Shown piece by piece: positions 41,555-51,705 of a stretch of 64,000 bases of DNA. The DNA lies in assembly GCA_040772485.1 (NCBI GenBank), contig JAXGYC010000007.1:1056001-1120000 (forward strand), written 5' to 3'. The translations under genes were made by a program, and so were the position numbers. The stretch's first letter is position 1, and each line of letters starts with the position of its first letter. The notes beneath the pieces are model-generated. The model saw only the letters and a list, made by a program, of their open reading frames with translations. It was not told where the DNA came from and ran no database searches. The DNA is from Sedimentisphaerales bacterium. GTDB taxonomy: Bacteria; Planctomycetota; Phycisphaerae; Sedimentisphaerales; Anaerobacaceae.

Positions 41555-42847
41555 TCAGCCGCGATTGCGGCGTCCCTGCTGCGTCCAGCCGGCCAACTCG
41601 TACTGGCCGGGGATCGCCACCGCAGGCACGGGCTTGGAATCGCTCAGCTTCAGATCGGCCGCAGGGAGCAGATCCAGCGTGCACCGGCTCGTGAACCAAG
41701 ACGTCTTGAACTGCTGGCGGCTGTACGCCGACTCGCGACCCATGATCGCGCAGAGCGTGCTGTTGGCGATGCGCTTGCCTTCGTTGAGCGGCTTGCCGTC
41801 GCGGATGCTCTTGATCAGGTCCGTGTGCTCCTGGACGTAGGCGTCGCTGCGCGGTCCTCGGTATCGCCAGCGATTCTCGCCCTCGATCCGGCCGCAGCAA
41901 TCCGTCCAACCCTTGGTGCCCACGACGCGCTCACTGACGTTGCCGGCCGTCCCTTCGATCTGGCGGCACGTGCTGATCGTCCGCACGTCGTTCGGATAGG
42001 TGAACTCGACGCCGAAGTGGTCGAAAATATGGCCATACTCTTCGCCCGTGCGGAACTGCCGGCCGCCGATGCCATGCACCGTCTCGGGAAGCACGTCGCC
42101 GAAGGCCCAATTGACCACGTCGATGTTGTGAACGTGCTGCTCGCAGATGTGATCGCCCGACAGCCACGTGAAGTAGAGCCAGTTGCGAATCTGCCATTCG
42201 ACGTCGCTCTCGCCCGCCTCGCGGTTGTGACACCAGAGCCCGCCCATGTTCCAGTAGCACTGGGCCGAAACGATCTCGCCGATCGCGCCGTCGAGCACGC
42301 GTTTCATCGTCTCGACGTACTCGTTCTGGTGGCGCCGCTGCGTGCCGGCGACGATGCCGAGGCCCTTCTGCTCGGCCAGTTCGGAGGCCTCGATCACCAT
42401 CTTGATGCCGGCCGGACAGACCGCCACGGGTTTTTCCATGAACACGTGTTTGCCCTGTCGAATGGCCTCGGCCAGTTGGACAGGCCGGAAGCCCGGAGGC
42501 GTCGCCAGGATCACGAGGTTGACGTCGTCCAGCGCCATCACCTTCTTGTAGGCGTCCAGGCCGACGAAGCAGCGATCCTCGGGCACTTTGAAGTCACCCT
42601 TGAGTTTCTCGATCCGGTCGGCGAAGGTGTCCGCCAGCGCGACGATCTGTACGCCGGCGGAGGACTCGACGCAGTTGTGGGCGGCGCCGGAGCCTCGTCC
42701 GCCGCAGCCGACCACGCCGACCCGTATCGTGTCACTGCCCTGGGCGTACGCGAGAGGCCCGGGCGCTCCCGTCAGGACCAGAGTTCCGGCCGCAACGGCC
42801 GAACTCCTCAGGAGTTCTCGTCGTGTCAACTTCTGCTTGTGCGTCAT
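41555..42847 (-). CDS. Tat-exported Gfo/Idh/MocA family oxidoreductase
   Basis: LTRRELL; GCGGRG; FMEKP; GTQRRH; SGDHICEQHVHNID. Confidence 0.92.
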   Translation of the reverse strand: MTHKQKLTRRELLRSSAVAAGTLVLTGAPGPLAYAQGSDTIRVGVVGCGGRGSGAAHNCVESSAGVQIVALADTFADRIEKLKGDFKVPEDRCFVGLDAYKKVMALDDVNLVILATPPGFRPVQLAEAIRQGKHVFMEKPVAVCPAGIKMVIEASELAEQKGLGIVAGTQRRHQNEYVETMKRVLDGAIGEIVSAQCYWNMGGLWCHNREAGESDVEWQIRNWLYFTWLSGDHICEQHVHNIDVVNWAFGDVLPETVHGIGGRQFRTGEEYGHIFDHFGVEFTYPNDVRTISTCRQIEGTAGNVSERVVGTKGWTDCCGRIEGENRWRYRGPRSDAYVQEHTDLIKSIRDGKPLNEGKRIANSTLCAIMGRESAYSRQQFKTSWFTSRCTLDLLPAADLKLSDSKPVPAVAIPGQYELAGWTQQGRRNRG

Positions 42848-43066
42848 GCTCGGTTCTCCAAACTCGATGTTAGTGCTCGGTTTGCAGGTTCAGGACCAAC
42901 CGTACTCTCCGTAAGACGTGTTTCAATGGCAGATTATTGGCAGTTAACCACGTTCAGGCCGGCATCGCAAGCAAGTTTTGGGTCATAGCGGCCCATTTGC
43001 CCCCCCGCACAACCGCCCTGCCACTGTAACGGAGGCCGCCGTCGTGGCAAAACGGCCGCTCGTTGC

Positions 43067-43095
43067 TTGAATCGAAGGCTCCAAACCGATAAGAT
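43067..43095 (+). promoter_or_regulatory. Putative sigma70 promoter for the ABC-F gene
   Basis: TTGAAT-17 bp-TAAGAT. Confidence 0.45.
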
Positions 43096-43181
43096 AACCG
43101 ATTCGTCCCACCGAATGGGGGCGAGATCAGGTCCCGGCCGGCCGCGTACGGCACGGCATCGACCCATTGGATTGGCGATAG

Positions 43182-45143
43182 ATGGCCATCGTTACCCTAC
43201 AAGACGTCCACAAAGCCTTTGGCTCGGAGGTCGTGCTCGACCAACTGACCGTGGCGTTCCACCCGGGCGAGAAGGTCGGCATGGTCGGCCCGAACGGCTC
43301 GGGCAAGAGCACCATCCTCAAGCTCATCACAGGGGCCATCCAGCCCGATATGGGCCGCGTCATCAGGCAGAAGGGCCTTCGCGTCGGCTACCTGCCGCAG
43401 GAAGCCACCTTCAGCGGCCTACGGACCGTGATGGAGGAGATGCACGCCGGCGTCGACCACCTGCTGAAGCTCCAGACCAGCATCCATACCGTTTCCCAGG
43501 AGATGGAAAGCCTGACCGGGTCGGCCCTCCAGGCCAAGATGGCTCAGTACGACCGTCTGTGCCGCAATTTCGAGCTGGCCGGAGGCTACGAATACGAGAT
43601 TCGCATCAACGCGACCCTGGCGGCGATGGGCTTCGAGCCCGAGCTGCACCACGCCAGGACCACGGCGCTGAGCGGCGGACAGCTCTCGCGGCTCGGACTC
43701 GCCCAGGTCCTGATGCTCGAAACCGACCTGCTGCTGCTGGATGAGCCGACCAACCACCTCGACCTCCAGGCCACCGAGTGGCTGGAGCGATTCCTGGCGA
43801 CTTATCGGGGGGCCGCGATCGTCATCAGCCACGACCGCTATCTGCTCGACAAGGTCGTCTGCAAGATCGTTGAGGTGGAGAACCGCAAGGCCCAGGTCTG
43901 GAACGGCAGCTATGGAACCTACACGCAGACCAGGGAGACCGTGCGGCTCCAGCAGGAGCGGGAGCACGCCAAACGCGTCGAGATGGTTGAAAAGACGCTC
44001 GACTTCATCGCCCGCAACAAGGACCAGGAAGGCATGCGCGGCACGGCCCGAGGCCGCAAAACCCGCCTGAAGCGTCTGCTCAAGGAAAACCCCGATTTCC
44101 TGGAAAAGCCGACGGACCAGAAGACGATCAGCTTCTCGTTCCGCAAGACCGGCCACACCAGCGACATCGTCCTGCGATGCGAGCACCTGCGCAAGTCGTT
44201 CGGCGACCTGACGCTGTTCGAGGACCTGACCTTCGACATCCTTCGCGGCGAGCGACTGGGCATCACTGGTCCAAACGGCACCGGCAAGAGCACGCTCGTG
44301 AAGCTGGCCCTCGGTCAGATCGAGCCGTCGGCGGGCACGATTCGTGTCGGCGCCAGCCTGCGCGTCGGCTACCTCGATCAGCATGGGGATATTCTCGACT
44401 CGGGCAAGACCGTGCTGGAGGAGGCGCGAAGCGTCCGGCCGGACCTGACCGCCGAGCAGGTCCGCAGCCGCCTGGGCGCCTTCCTCTTCTCGGGCGACGA
44501 CGTGTTCAAGCAGTGCGGCGACCTCAGCGGAGGGCAGCGCAACCGCCTGATGCTCTGCAAGCTCGTGCTGACCGAGCCGGATGTGCTGGTCATGGACGAG
44601 CCCACCAACCACCTCGACATCGCCAGCCGCGAGATGCTCGAAACCGCGCTCGACGATTACGCCGGGACGATCGTCGTGGTCAGCCACGACCGCTACTTCC
44701 TTGACCACGTCGTCGACAGGCTCCTGGTCGTCGGAACGGACAAACTGGGCAATCGGAGCCTGGGCCAGACCGAATTCGTCGTCGGCGAGCCTGCCTATTC
44801 GGTCTACGCCTCTCTGGTCCGCCAACGCAACGAGGCCGAGCAGCAGGCCAAACGAACCGGCAAGGACGCCCCGCGCAAAGGTCGTGCCTCCGGCAGCCCA
44901 AACAACGACAAGCCCCGCACGACGACACCCGAGGAGCTCAAGCGATTCAACAAGTACTCGGCCGAGCAGATCGAGGAGATGATTCTCGAACTGGAACACG
45001 AGATCGAACAGATGAAGGAACGGTTCGGCGACGCGGACATCTACAAGAACCCCGATCACATCGGGCAGCTCCAGCGCGACTACGAGGCCAAGACCGCCGA
45101 GCTCGACCTGCTCTACCGTGCCTACGACCGCCGCATAGGGTAG
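43182..45143 (+). CDS. ABC-F family ATP-binding protein with C-terminal coiled coil
   Basis: Two ABC cassettes (GPNGSGKST and GPNGTGKST, LSGGQ, DEPTNHLD, SHDR); no TM segments. Confidence 0.93.
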   Translation: MAIVTLQDVHKAFGSEVVLDQLTVAFHPGEKVGMVGPNGSGKSTILKLITGAIQPDMGRVIRQKGLRVGYLPQEATFSGLRTVMEEMHAGVDHLLKLQTSIHTVSQEMESLTGSALQAKMAQYDRLCRNFELAGGYEYEIRINATLAAMGFEPELHHARTTALSGGQLSRLGLAQVLMLETDLLLLDEPTNHLDLQATEWLERFLATYRGAAIVISHDRYLLDKVVCKIVEVENRKAQVWNGSYGTYTQTRETVRLQQEREHAKRVEMVEKTLDFIARNKDQEGMRGTARGRKTRLKRLLKENPDFLEKPTDQKTISFSFRKTGHTSDIVLRCEHLRKSFGDLTLFEDLTFDILRGERLGITGPNGTGKSTLVKLALGQIEPSAGTIRVGASLRVGYLDQHGDILDSGKTVLEEARSVRPDLTAEQVRSRLGAFLFSGDDVFKQCGDLSGGQRNRLMLCKLVLTEPDVLVMDEPTNHLDIASREMLETALDDYAGTIVVVSHDRYFLDHVVDRLLVVGTDKLGNRSLGQTEFVVGEPAYSVYASLVRQRNEAEQQAKRTGKDAPRKGRASGSPNNDKPRTTTPEELKRFNKYSAEQIEEMILELEHEIEQMKERFGDADIYKNPDHIGQLQRDYEAKTAELDLLYRAYDRRIG

Positions 45144-45284
45144 TCCACCAGCGAGTCCGCCCATGTGCGCGTCAAGGCGCTGGCATTCTGATCCGCAGAT
45201 CGGTATCATGCTGGCTTCCTGCCTGCGACGACCGCGGTCGCGGACGGATGGTGACACTGGCCGGGATGAATAAGGAGAAAGAAC

Positions 45285-46085
45285 ATGACGCAATCTGGTT
45301 CAACGAAGGGTACTACCACGCGGCGTGAATTCATCGGCAGGACGGCGGCGACGACTGCCGTCACATTGGCCGCCTCATCGCTTCTGTCTTCGGCAGGCTG
45401 CTCCAGCTCGACGGCACGGCTGGCTGGCAGGAAAGGCGGACGGATCGAAGCCGGCAACGTCGTCCTGTTCCAGGGCGACTCGATCACGGACGCCGGGCGC
45501 GATCGGCAGCGCGAGGGCAGTGCCAACGACATCCGAGCGTTGGGGAGCGGCTACGCCCTCTTGGCCGGCGCCGCCCTGCTGGCCAACCATGCCGAGGCGA
45601 AGCTGACGATCTACAATCGCGGCATCAGCGGACACAAGGTGTTCCAACTCGCCGAACGATGGGACAAGGACTGCATCGCCCTGAAACCCGATGTCGTCAG
45701 CATCCTGATCGGCGTCAACGACATCTGGCACAAGCTTGACGGCCGATACGATGGCACCATCGAGGTCTACGAGCGGGACTATCGCGCCCTTCTCGAACGA
45801 ACCAAACGAGAACTCCCGGGCGTGAAGCTGGTGATCTGCGAGCCGTTTGTGCTCCGCTGCGGCGCGGTCAACGAGAAGTGGTTCCCCGATTTTGACGGCT
45901 ATCGGGCGGCGGCCAAACGCGTCGCGGGCGCGTTCGATGCCGTGTTCATCCCGTTCCAGACGATGTTCGACGAGGCGGTGCGAACGACGACACCGGCCTA
46001 CTGGGCCGGTGACGGCGTACACCCCACCCTCGCCGGGGCCGCCCTGATGGCCCGGACCTGGCTCCAGGCCGTCTCGACAATCTGA
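45285..46085 (+). CDS. Tat-exported SGNH/GDSL hydrolase (possible lipoprotein)
   Basis: TTRREFI; SAGC; FQGDSITD; NRGISG; GVND; DGVHP. Confidence 0.9.
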   Translation: MTQSGSTKGTTTRREFIGRTAATTAVTLAASSLLSSAGCSSSTARLAGRKGGRIEAGNVVLFQGDSITDAGRDRQREGSANDIRALGSGYALLAGAALLANHAEAKLTIYNRGISGHKVFQLAERWDKDCIALKPDVVSILIGVNDIWHKLDGRYDGTIEVYERDYRALLERTKRELPGVKLVICEPFVLRCGAVNEKWFPDFDGYRAAAKRVAGAFDAVFIPFQTMFDEAVRTTTPAYWAGDGVHPTLAGAALMARTWLQAVSTI

Positions 46086-46169
46086 CCACAGGAAAACCCG
46101 GCCAGAATTGACCCTCCATCGCCTCGAAAATGGTGTATGGTTTAGATAGCAGGAAATGGAGGGTCGGTC

Positions 46170-46550
46170 ATGAGCCAACGATCACGCACTCCGTCCGTGG
46201 TGACGCCGCTTTCGCCCTGGGACAGGCTCTGGTCCGGCTGCGAGCCGCAGGATTCTCGGACCGTGCGGAAGCGGTCACTGGCCGGGGTCATCCCCTCTGC
46301 GATCGTGCTGCTGTCGATGTCGATCGTCACCGTCGTCGCCATCGTGGGCATCGTGACCGCTGTGGCCGGCACGGAACAGATGCAAAGCTCCGACGGCAAC
46401 TTGCCACGGTGGAGTTCGAGCCCGGAACTCCGATTCGGCGACAACGGCGTCGGACCATCAAGCTACACCACGATCGTCGAAGGTCAGATGATCGAGCTGG
46501 CCATCGATGGAGAGTATGCCGATACGGCGTTCGCCGCGCCGGAGCCATAG
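46170..46550 (+). CDS. Small hypothetical membrane protein
   Basis: ATG after GGAGG; one long hydrophobic segment; fills the gap between neighbours. Confidence 0.55.
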   Translation: MSQRSRTPSVVTPLSPWDRLWSGCEPQDSRTVRKRSLAGVIPSAIVLLSMSIVTVVAIVGIVTAVAGTEQMQSSDGNLPRWSSSPELRFGDNGVGPSSYTTIVEGQMIELAIDGEYADTAFAAPEP

Positions 46551-46575
46551 ACAGCAGGCCGCCATCGATCGCCGA

Positions 46576-47610
46576 TCAGTGCAGGGAGGCCCTCGCCTTC
46601 TCGGTGAACTTGATGATCGCGTTCATCATGGCAACCGACTCGGACGGAAATTTCCCCGCCGCGGTCTCGCCCGACAGCATGACGTAATCGGTTCCATCGA
46701 GAATGGCGTTCGCCACGTCGGCGACCTCGGCACGCGTGGGCCGGCTGTGTTCGGTCATGTGCTCGAGCATCTGCGTCGCCGTGATCACAAACTTGCCCGC
46801 CTCGTTGCACTTGCGGATGATGCGCTTCTGGACGATGGGGACCTCGTAGATGGGGATCGCCACGCCCATGTCACCTCGCGCGATCATGATGCCGTCGGCC
46901 GCGTCGATGATCGAGTCGATATTGTCGATGGCCTGGCGGTTTTCGATCTTGGCGACGATGCGGCACTTCGGCAGGGGCGGCTTGACGATCTCGGCCACTT
47001 CGCGAACGTCTGCGGCGTTCCGCACGAACGACAGCGAGACGAAATCGACGTGGCGCGCGATGCCGAAGCGCAGATCTCGCTTGTCCTTGTCCGTCATGGC
47101 GCCGAAGGCCAGGTCGGCGCCGGGCATGTTAATTCCCTTGCGCTCCTTCAGAATCCCCCCTTCCACCACGACGGCCTTGAGGCTCGTCGCCGAGCTTTCA
47201 TTGACGCGCAAAATCAGATTGCCGTCATCGATGAAGACAAGCTGGCCCCGCTTAATTCGAGTCAAATCGCCCGCATAGTCGAACGGAATGGTCTTGTGAC
47301 CCGAGGCCGTCTCGTCGTTGGTCAGCCAGACAACGGACTGATTCTTCAGTTCCCGCGTCTTGCTGCCGTGGAACCGCCCCACGCGGATGCGAAACCCCTT
47401 CAGGTCTTGCATGATGCGGATGTGACGGCGGTACCTGGCGTTGAGCCGGCAGACCAGCTCGATGGACTCGCCATGCTGCGCATGGGTGCCGTGCGAGAAA
47501 TTCAGGCGGACCACGTCGAGCCCCGCCATGAACATCTTCCGCAACACCGACGCGTTGGCGCTGGCGGGTCCCAACGTTGCGATGATCTTGGTCTTGGGCA
47601 TCGGCTTCAT
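46576..47610 (-). CDS. pyk: Pyruvate kinase, short form (A and B domains only, 344 aa)
   Basis: [58 protein letters not shown]. Confidence 0.92.
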   Translation of the reverse strand: MKPMPKTKIIATLGPASANASVLRKMFMAGLDVVRLNFSHGTHAQHGESIELVCRLNARYRRHIRIMQDLKGFRIRVGRFHGSKTRELKNQSVVWLTNDETASGHKTIPFDYAGDLTRIKRGQLVFIDDGNLILRVNESSATSLKAVVVEGGILKERKGINMPGADLAFGAMTDKDKRDLRFGIARHVDFVSLSFVRNAADVREVAEIVKPPLPKCRIVAKIENRQAIDNIDSIIDAADGIMIARGDMGVAIPIYEVPIVQKRIIRKCNEAGKFVITATQMLEHMTEHSRPTRAEVADVANAILDGTDYVMLSGETAAGKFPSESVAMMNAIIKFTEKARASLH

Positions 47611-47784
47611 GCTCCTTTCCGGCGGTTGTGCATCTTCTCAATCGAAAGCGTCAGTCTACCGCCGACGGCGTCGTACAATCAACCAAATATCCTTTTGACC
47701 GGGCGGGAGATGTGGTAATCTGCCTCGCGTGCGCAGCAAGAGTGTTGGCAAGTGACCCCATGAGAGGCACGGGAGAAACCGGGC

Positions 47785-48456
47785 ATGCAGGTTGTCGTCA
47801 TCATTGGAGTCATTGCCCTGATCGTCGTCGGGGCGATCATGGGACATGCGGCCGCCAAGAGACGCCGGGAGGAGATGCTCGCCATAGCGGCCCGGCTGGG
47901 TCTGCACTTCGACCCGGGCAAGGATCGGGACCTTGCCCGTCGCTTCGAGTTCCTCGACAAACTCCGTCAAGGCTCCAATCGCTACGCGTTCAACATCCTG
48001 ACCGGCCGCTACCAGGACCACGACGTCACGGTCTTCGACTACCACTGCGAGACGCATTCCAGCGATTCGAAGGGCCACACACAAACACACCATCACTACT
48101 TTTCGCTTTTCCTGCTGCGCCTGCCGGCGTCGTTTCCGGAATTGACCATCGGGCCGGAAGGGTTCTTCTCGAAGATCGCCCAGGCCATCGGTTACGATGA
48201 CATCGATTTCGAGTCGCACGAGTTCAGCCGCGTGTTCTGCGTCCGCTCGAAGGACAAGAAGTTCGCATACGATGTGTGCAACGCGAAGATGATCGAGTAC
48301 CTCCTGGCCCATCGCGACCTGACAATCGAGATGGAGCGGGATGCGCTGGCGATCTCGTTCAACCGCAGGCTGAAACCCGAGCAGATCGAACCCAATCTAC
48401 AGAGACTGATCCAGGTCCGTTCGTCGCTGCCCGAATACCTGTTTGTACGGAGCTGA
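47785..48456 (+). CDS. Membrane-anchored hypothetical protein (DUF3137-like), LemA-associated
   Basis: N-terminal TM segment; DIDFESHEFSRVF; 2 bp upstream of lemA. Confidence 0.7.
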   Translation: MQVVVIIGVIALIVVGAIMGHAAAKRRREEMLAIAARLGLHFDPGKDRDLARRFEFLDKLRQGSNRYAFNILTGRYQDHDVTVFDYHCETHSSDSKGHTQTHHHYFSLFLLRLPASFPELTIGPEGFFSKIAQAIGYDDIDFESHEFSRVFCVRSKDKKFAYDVCNAKMIEYLLAHRDLTIEMERDALAISFNRRLKPEQIEPNLQRLIQVRSSLPEYLFVRS

Positions 48457-48458
48457 CT

Positions 48459-49022
48459 ATGTGGGTGCCGTTTGCCGTTCTCGCCGCCGTCGTCCTGCTG
48501 CCGATCCTGTACGTGGTGCTGACGTACAACACGCTGGTCGCCCTGCGCAACCATATTCGCGACGCGTGGGCCAACATCGATACGGAGCTGAAGCGCCGCT
48601 ATGAGCTGATTCCGAATCTCGTCGCGACGGTCAAGGGCTACGCCGCTCACGAGAAGGAGATTTTCGAGCGCGTCACGCAACTGCGGGCGCAGTGCATGGC
48701 CAGCCAGGGCCGTCCGAATCAGCAGGCCGTCGACGAGAATCAACTGGTGGCGGCCTTGCAGAAGCTGATGCTGGTCGTCGAGAACTATCCGCAACTGAAA
48801 GCGGACCGGAACTTCCTCGAACTCCAGAAGGAGCTGGTCAACACGGAGGACCGCATCCAGGCGGCCCGGCGATTCTTCAACGGCAACGTCCGCGACTACC
48901 GCAACAAGTGTGAAACGTTCCCCAGCAGTCTCATCGCGGGGGCCTTCGGCTTCCAGCCGGAAGACTACTTCCACGTCGATCCGGCCGTCCGCGAAGTACC
49001 CAGCGCCGAGTTCGACCGGTGA
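48459..49022 (+). CDS. lemA: LemA family protein
   Basis: YNTLV, AWANIDTELKRRYELIPNLV, ENYPQLKA, TEDRI, FPSSLIA. Confidence 0.93.
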   Translation: MWVPFAVLAAVVLLPILYVVLTYNTLVALRNHIRDAWANIDTELKRRYELIPNLVATVKGYAAHEKEIFERVTQLRAQCMASQGRPNQQAVDENQLVAALQKLMLVVENYPQLKADRNFLELQKELVNTEDRIQAARRFFNGNVRDYRNKCETFPSSLIAGAFGFQPEDYFHVDPAVREVPSAEFDR

Positions 49023-49058
49023 GACGCCCAAGCCGGAGACGGATCGCCGACAAAGCCC

Positions 49059-51635
49059 CTACGGCTCGTTGAGGAGGTGATGGGCCGCCAGAGCGAGGAA
49101 CATGAAGTTCGAACCGCCTCCGCCGATCACGTACTCCGACTGCTGCCAGAAGAACGGCCACTCCTTCAGCTCGGGGAAATCCGGGCGGATCAGTGCGGTC
49201 CCCGAGCCGACGCCACCAGGGATATAGCTCCAGTCGGCGCGGTTGACACCGTACGCGACGGTCAGTGATTTGGCGCCCACGCCGGAGGCAAATGAGGCCG
49301 TGTTGGGGCCCGGATGGCAGCCCAGGACGAAGTTCAGGGCGTTGAGCAGGTACGTCGCGTCGAAGACATCGGGCCAGCCCTCGTGCAGGAAGAACTGCGG
49401 CACGCCGAAACTCTGGACGCCCCAGCCGGCCCCCCAGATGTTGGGACGGTATGGCACGCCGAACGGTGTCTGTTTGCCCTGCTCCTCAATCCTCCTGTGG
49501 TATTCTGTGATCGCGGTTCTGACCGCGACGTGGAATTCCGCATCGTCGATGTGCTCCATCACGCGACCGAGCGCCCAGCCATTGCGGTCGATCGTTCGGA
49601 CGATCTCCGGCTGCATAGCGACCAGGGCGTCGAGATACTCCCGCCCGCCCGTCGCGAGGAACAGCTCCGCAGCCACTTCGATCTTCTGGCTCGCTACCCG
49701 CCTGTCCTCCGCGTCCCGGTTGGCCTGATAGATTGCCTGGGCCACCTCGACGCACTCGTCGGCCAGAGCGGGCCGGTGCTCCTTCAGCACTCTCGCGGCC
49801 GCCGCCAACCCGGCCGCGACGTGGAGTTCGCGAGCAGGATTCTCCTCCGTGAAGACCCACCGATCGTCCGGCTTGCCTGACCAGTCGCCATCCGTTTCGT
49901 CGGGTTCCAGGTTCGGGTCGTAGAAACGGCCATCGGTCATGGTCGAACCGTCCCCGAGAAGGACATACTGCGGAATCGTCGGGCAGATGATGCCCCGGTA
50001 GAGCCGGCCCAGACTCCGATAGCCGCCCAGGACGCTCAGGACGCCGTGCTCGATCTGCTGGAGGATGTCCGGGACGCCGTCGGGCAGGTGCATCTCGACC
50101 AGGTGGTGCTCCTGATCGATCGTGGTCGCATCGTAATCGACGCCGAACGCTTCGTAGATCTGGCAGAGAACCCGCACGGTCCCGATCTGCGACTCGACAC
50201 GCAAATCGTAGTCGCCCGCATCGTGCCAGCCGCCTACGTTCAATCCCGGCACCGGCTCCTGCGGCTCGTACGTTGTCAACGTGGAAGGCCCTTGCACATA
50301 ACCGTCGAAATGATTCAGGTCCACCGGCGCCATCAGGGCGTCGTCCATATGGCAGAGGCCATGCCAGACACGATACCGATCGTTGACGCGCATGTGGCAC
50401 ATCTGGACCGGCAGGAAGTACTCCAGTGTGGGCTGCCAGACGTGGCGTGCGTACACGTCTTTGTCGATCTGAAACGTGTTGGATCGCAGGTCTCCGTATT
50501 GGACGAGATAGACGCCCGGATCGTTCACGTCGCTGAAATCGAATCGCAGATAGTGGTAGCGCAGAAAGTCGCCCCAATCGTCCGGCTGGGCGCGAAGGAC
50601 CTCCTCGCGACCCCCGGAAGGCGCTATCCTCACCAACACCGCCTCTGTGAAGTCTCTGTCTCGCTTGTCGAGCTCGATCACGGCCACCTTGTCCTGACCG
50701 GGGTGATAACCCACCTGGGACACGTGGATCACCGGGGTATACCGCCAGTCGGGCAGCGTGCTGCACTCGATCCTCCATTGCAGCGCCCCGGCCGTCGCGC
50801 GGGCGGGCAGCGTCGAACGCACGACGAACCAGCCGTTGTTGTGCTGCGCCCTGCCGTCCAGCAATTCCAGTGTGCCGTCGATCGACTCGATGGTCATCCG
50901 CAGAGCCGCACTGTCGGGCGCGACACAAAGCCGGCGGCCCCTGGCCAGCGGCTCGGCCTGAGGAATACAATCCTCATCGACGTACATCGGGCCATTCAAC
51001 TGCCGCGGGAAGATGCCCGTCTGGTCGTCCATGTAGTACGGCCGGCCGAAGTACTCGCCTGGGAACAGTTCCAGATTGAAGCCGACCTTGCCGACCCACT
51101 CTTCGGGAAGAGGCTCGTCCAGATCCACCACGACGCGAAAGGCCTCGCCTTCCGGCCGGACACTCACCCGATACGAGAACTGAAGGTCCGGGTAGACAAT
51201 GGGATTGAATCCCTTGCGGTCGCGGCTGGGGTCAGGATAGCTCAGAAACACCGTGATCGCCTGGTTCTCCGCGTCGACCTCCCGCTTGTCGAGCTTGGGG
51301 ATCGGCTGCCACTGCCCGGGGGTCGGTTCGAGACGGACGTCGCCGTTGGCCGCGACGCGGACACCATTCTGGATGATGCTCACGCCGCCCTGGTGCCCTT
51401 CCGGATAGAAGTCGCTGAACACCATCACATCCAGGCCGACCGTCTCGAAGTACTCGGCCTCGTTCAGCGTCAGGCCGTTGGCGTCGGGAACGGCCGGCGG
51501 CGGCGCTACAACCTGGGGCGATTCCTCCAGAACCGGCGCGGGCGGCGTTTCATGGCTCCGCTGGCACGATGAAGACAGAACCAACAACAGGGAGATCGCC
51601 AGCTTCCCCCCATGTCGATAGATGAACGCGGACAT
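49059..51635 (-). CDS. GH9 family glycoside hydrolase (lipoprotein)
   Basis: Lipobox-like LSSSC; SQVGY Ig-like domain start; GGWHDAGDYD; C-terminal catalytic-type Glu in QQSEYV. Confidence 0.85.
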   Translation of the reverse strand: MSAFIYRHGGKLAISLLLVLSSSCQRSHETPPAPVLEESPQVVAPPPAVPDANGLTLNEAEYFETVGLDVMVFSDFYPEGHQGGVSIIQNGVRVAANGDVRLEPTPGQWQPIPKLDKREVDAENQAITVFLSYPDPSRDRKGFNPIVYPDLQFSYRVSVRPEGEAFRVVVDLDEPLPEEWVGKVGFNLELFPGEYFGRPYYMDDQTGIFPRQLNGPMYVDEDCIPQAEPLARGRRLCVAPDSAALRMTIESIDGTLELLDGRAQHNNGWFVVRSTLPARATAGALQWRIECSTLPDWRYTPVIHVSQVGYHPGQDKVAVIELDKRDRDFTEAVLVRIAPSGGREEVLRAQPDDWGDFLRYHYLRFDFSDVNDPGVYLVQYGDLRSNTFQIDKDVYARHVWQPTLEYFLPVQMCHMRVNDRYRVWHGLCHMDDALMAPVDLNHFDGYVQGPSTLTTYEPQEPVPGLNVGGWHDAGDYDLRVESQIGTVRVLCQIYEAFGVDYDATTIDQEHHLVEMHLPDGVPDILQQIEHGVLSVLGGYRSLGRLYRGIICPTIPQYVLLGDGSTMTDGRFYDPNLEPDETDGDWSGKPDDRWVFTEENPARELHVAAGLAAAARVLKEHRPALADECVEVAQAIYQANRDAEDRRVASQKIEVAAELFLATGGREYLDALVAMQPEIVRTIDRNGWALGRVMEHIDDAEFHVAVRTAITEYHRRIEEQGKQTPFGVPYRPNIWGAGWGVQSFGVPQFFLHEGWPDVFDATYLLNALNFVLGCHPGPNTASFASGVGAKSLTVAYGVNRADWSYIPGGVGSGTALIRPDFPELKEWPFFWQQSEYVIGGGGSNFMFLALAAHHLLNEP

Positions 51636-51705
51636 GCAGGATTCCTTTCCTTGCCGTGTGGCGCGTGCACAGAGGCCGGACGAGGCCGGGCGTGCCGCGC
51701 AGGCT

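Noticed and set aside
46484..46575. Minus-strand peptide YGSGAANAVSAYSP downstream of pyk, loosely like the C-domain motif T.SG.TA..VS.YRP
   Set aside because: Different frame from pyk, too close to the barrel end, one residue short, and antisense to a plausible ORF (46170-46550); probably chance, though TBLASTN with a full-length pyruvate kinase would settle it
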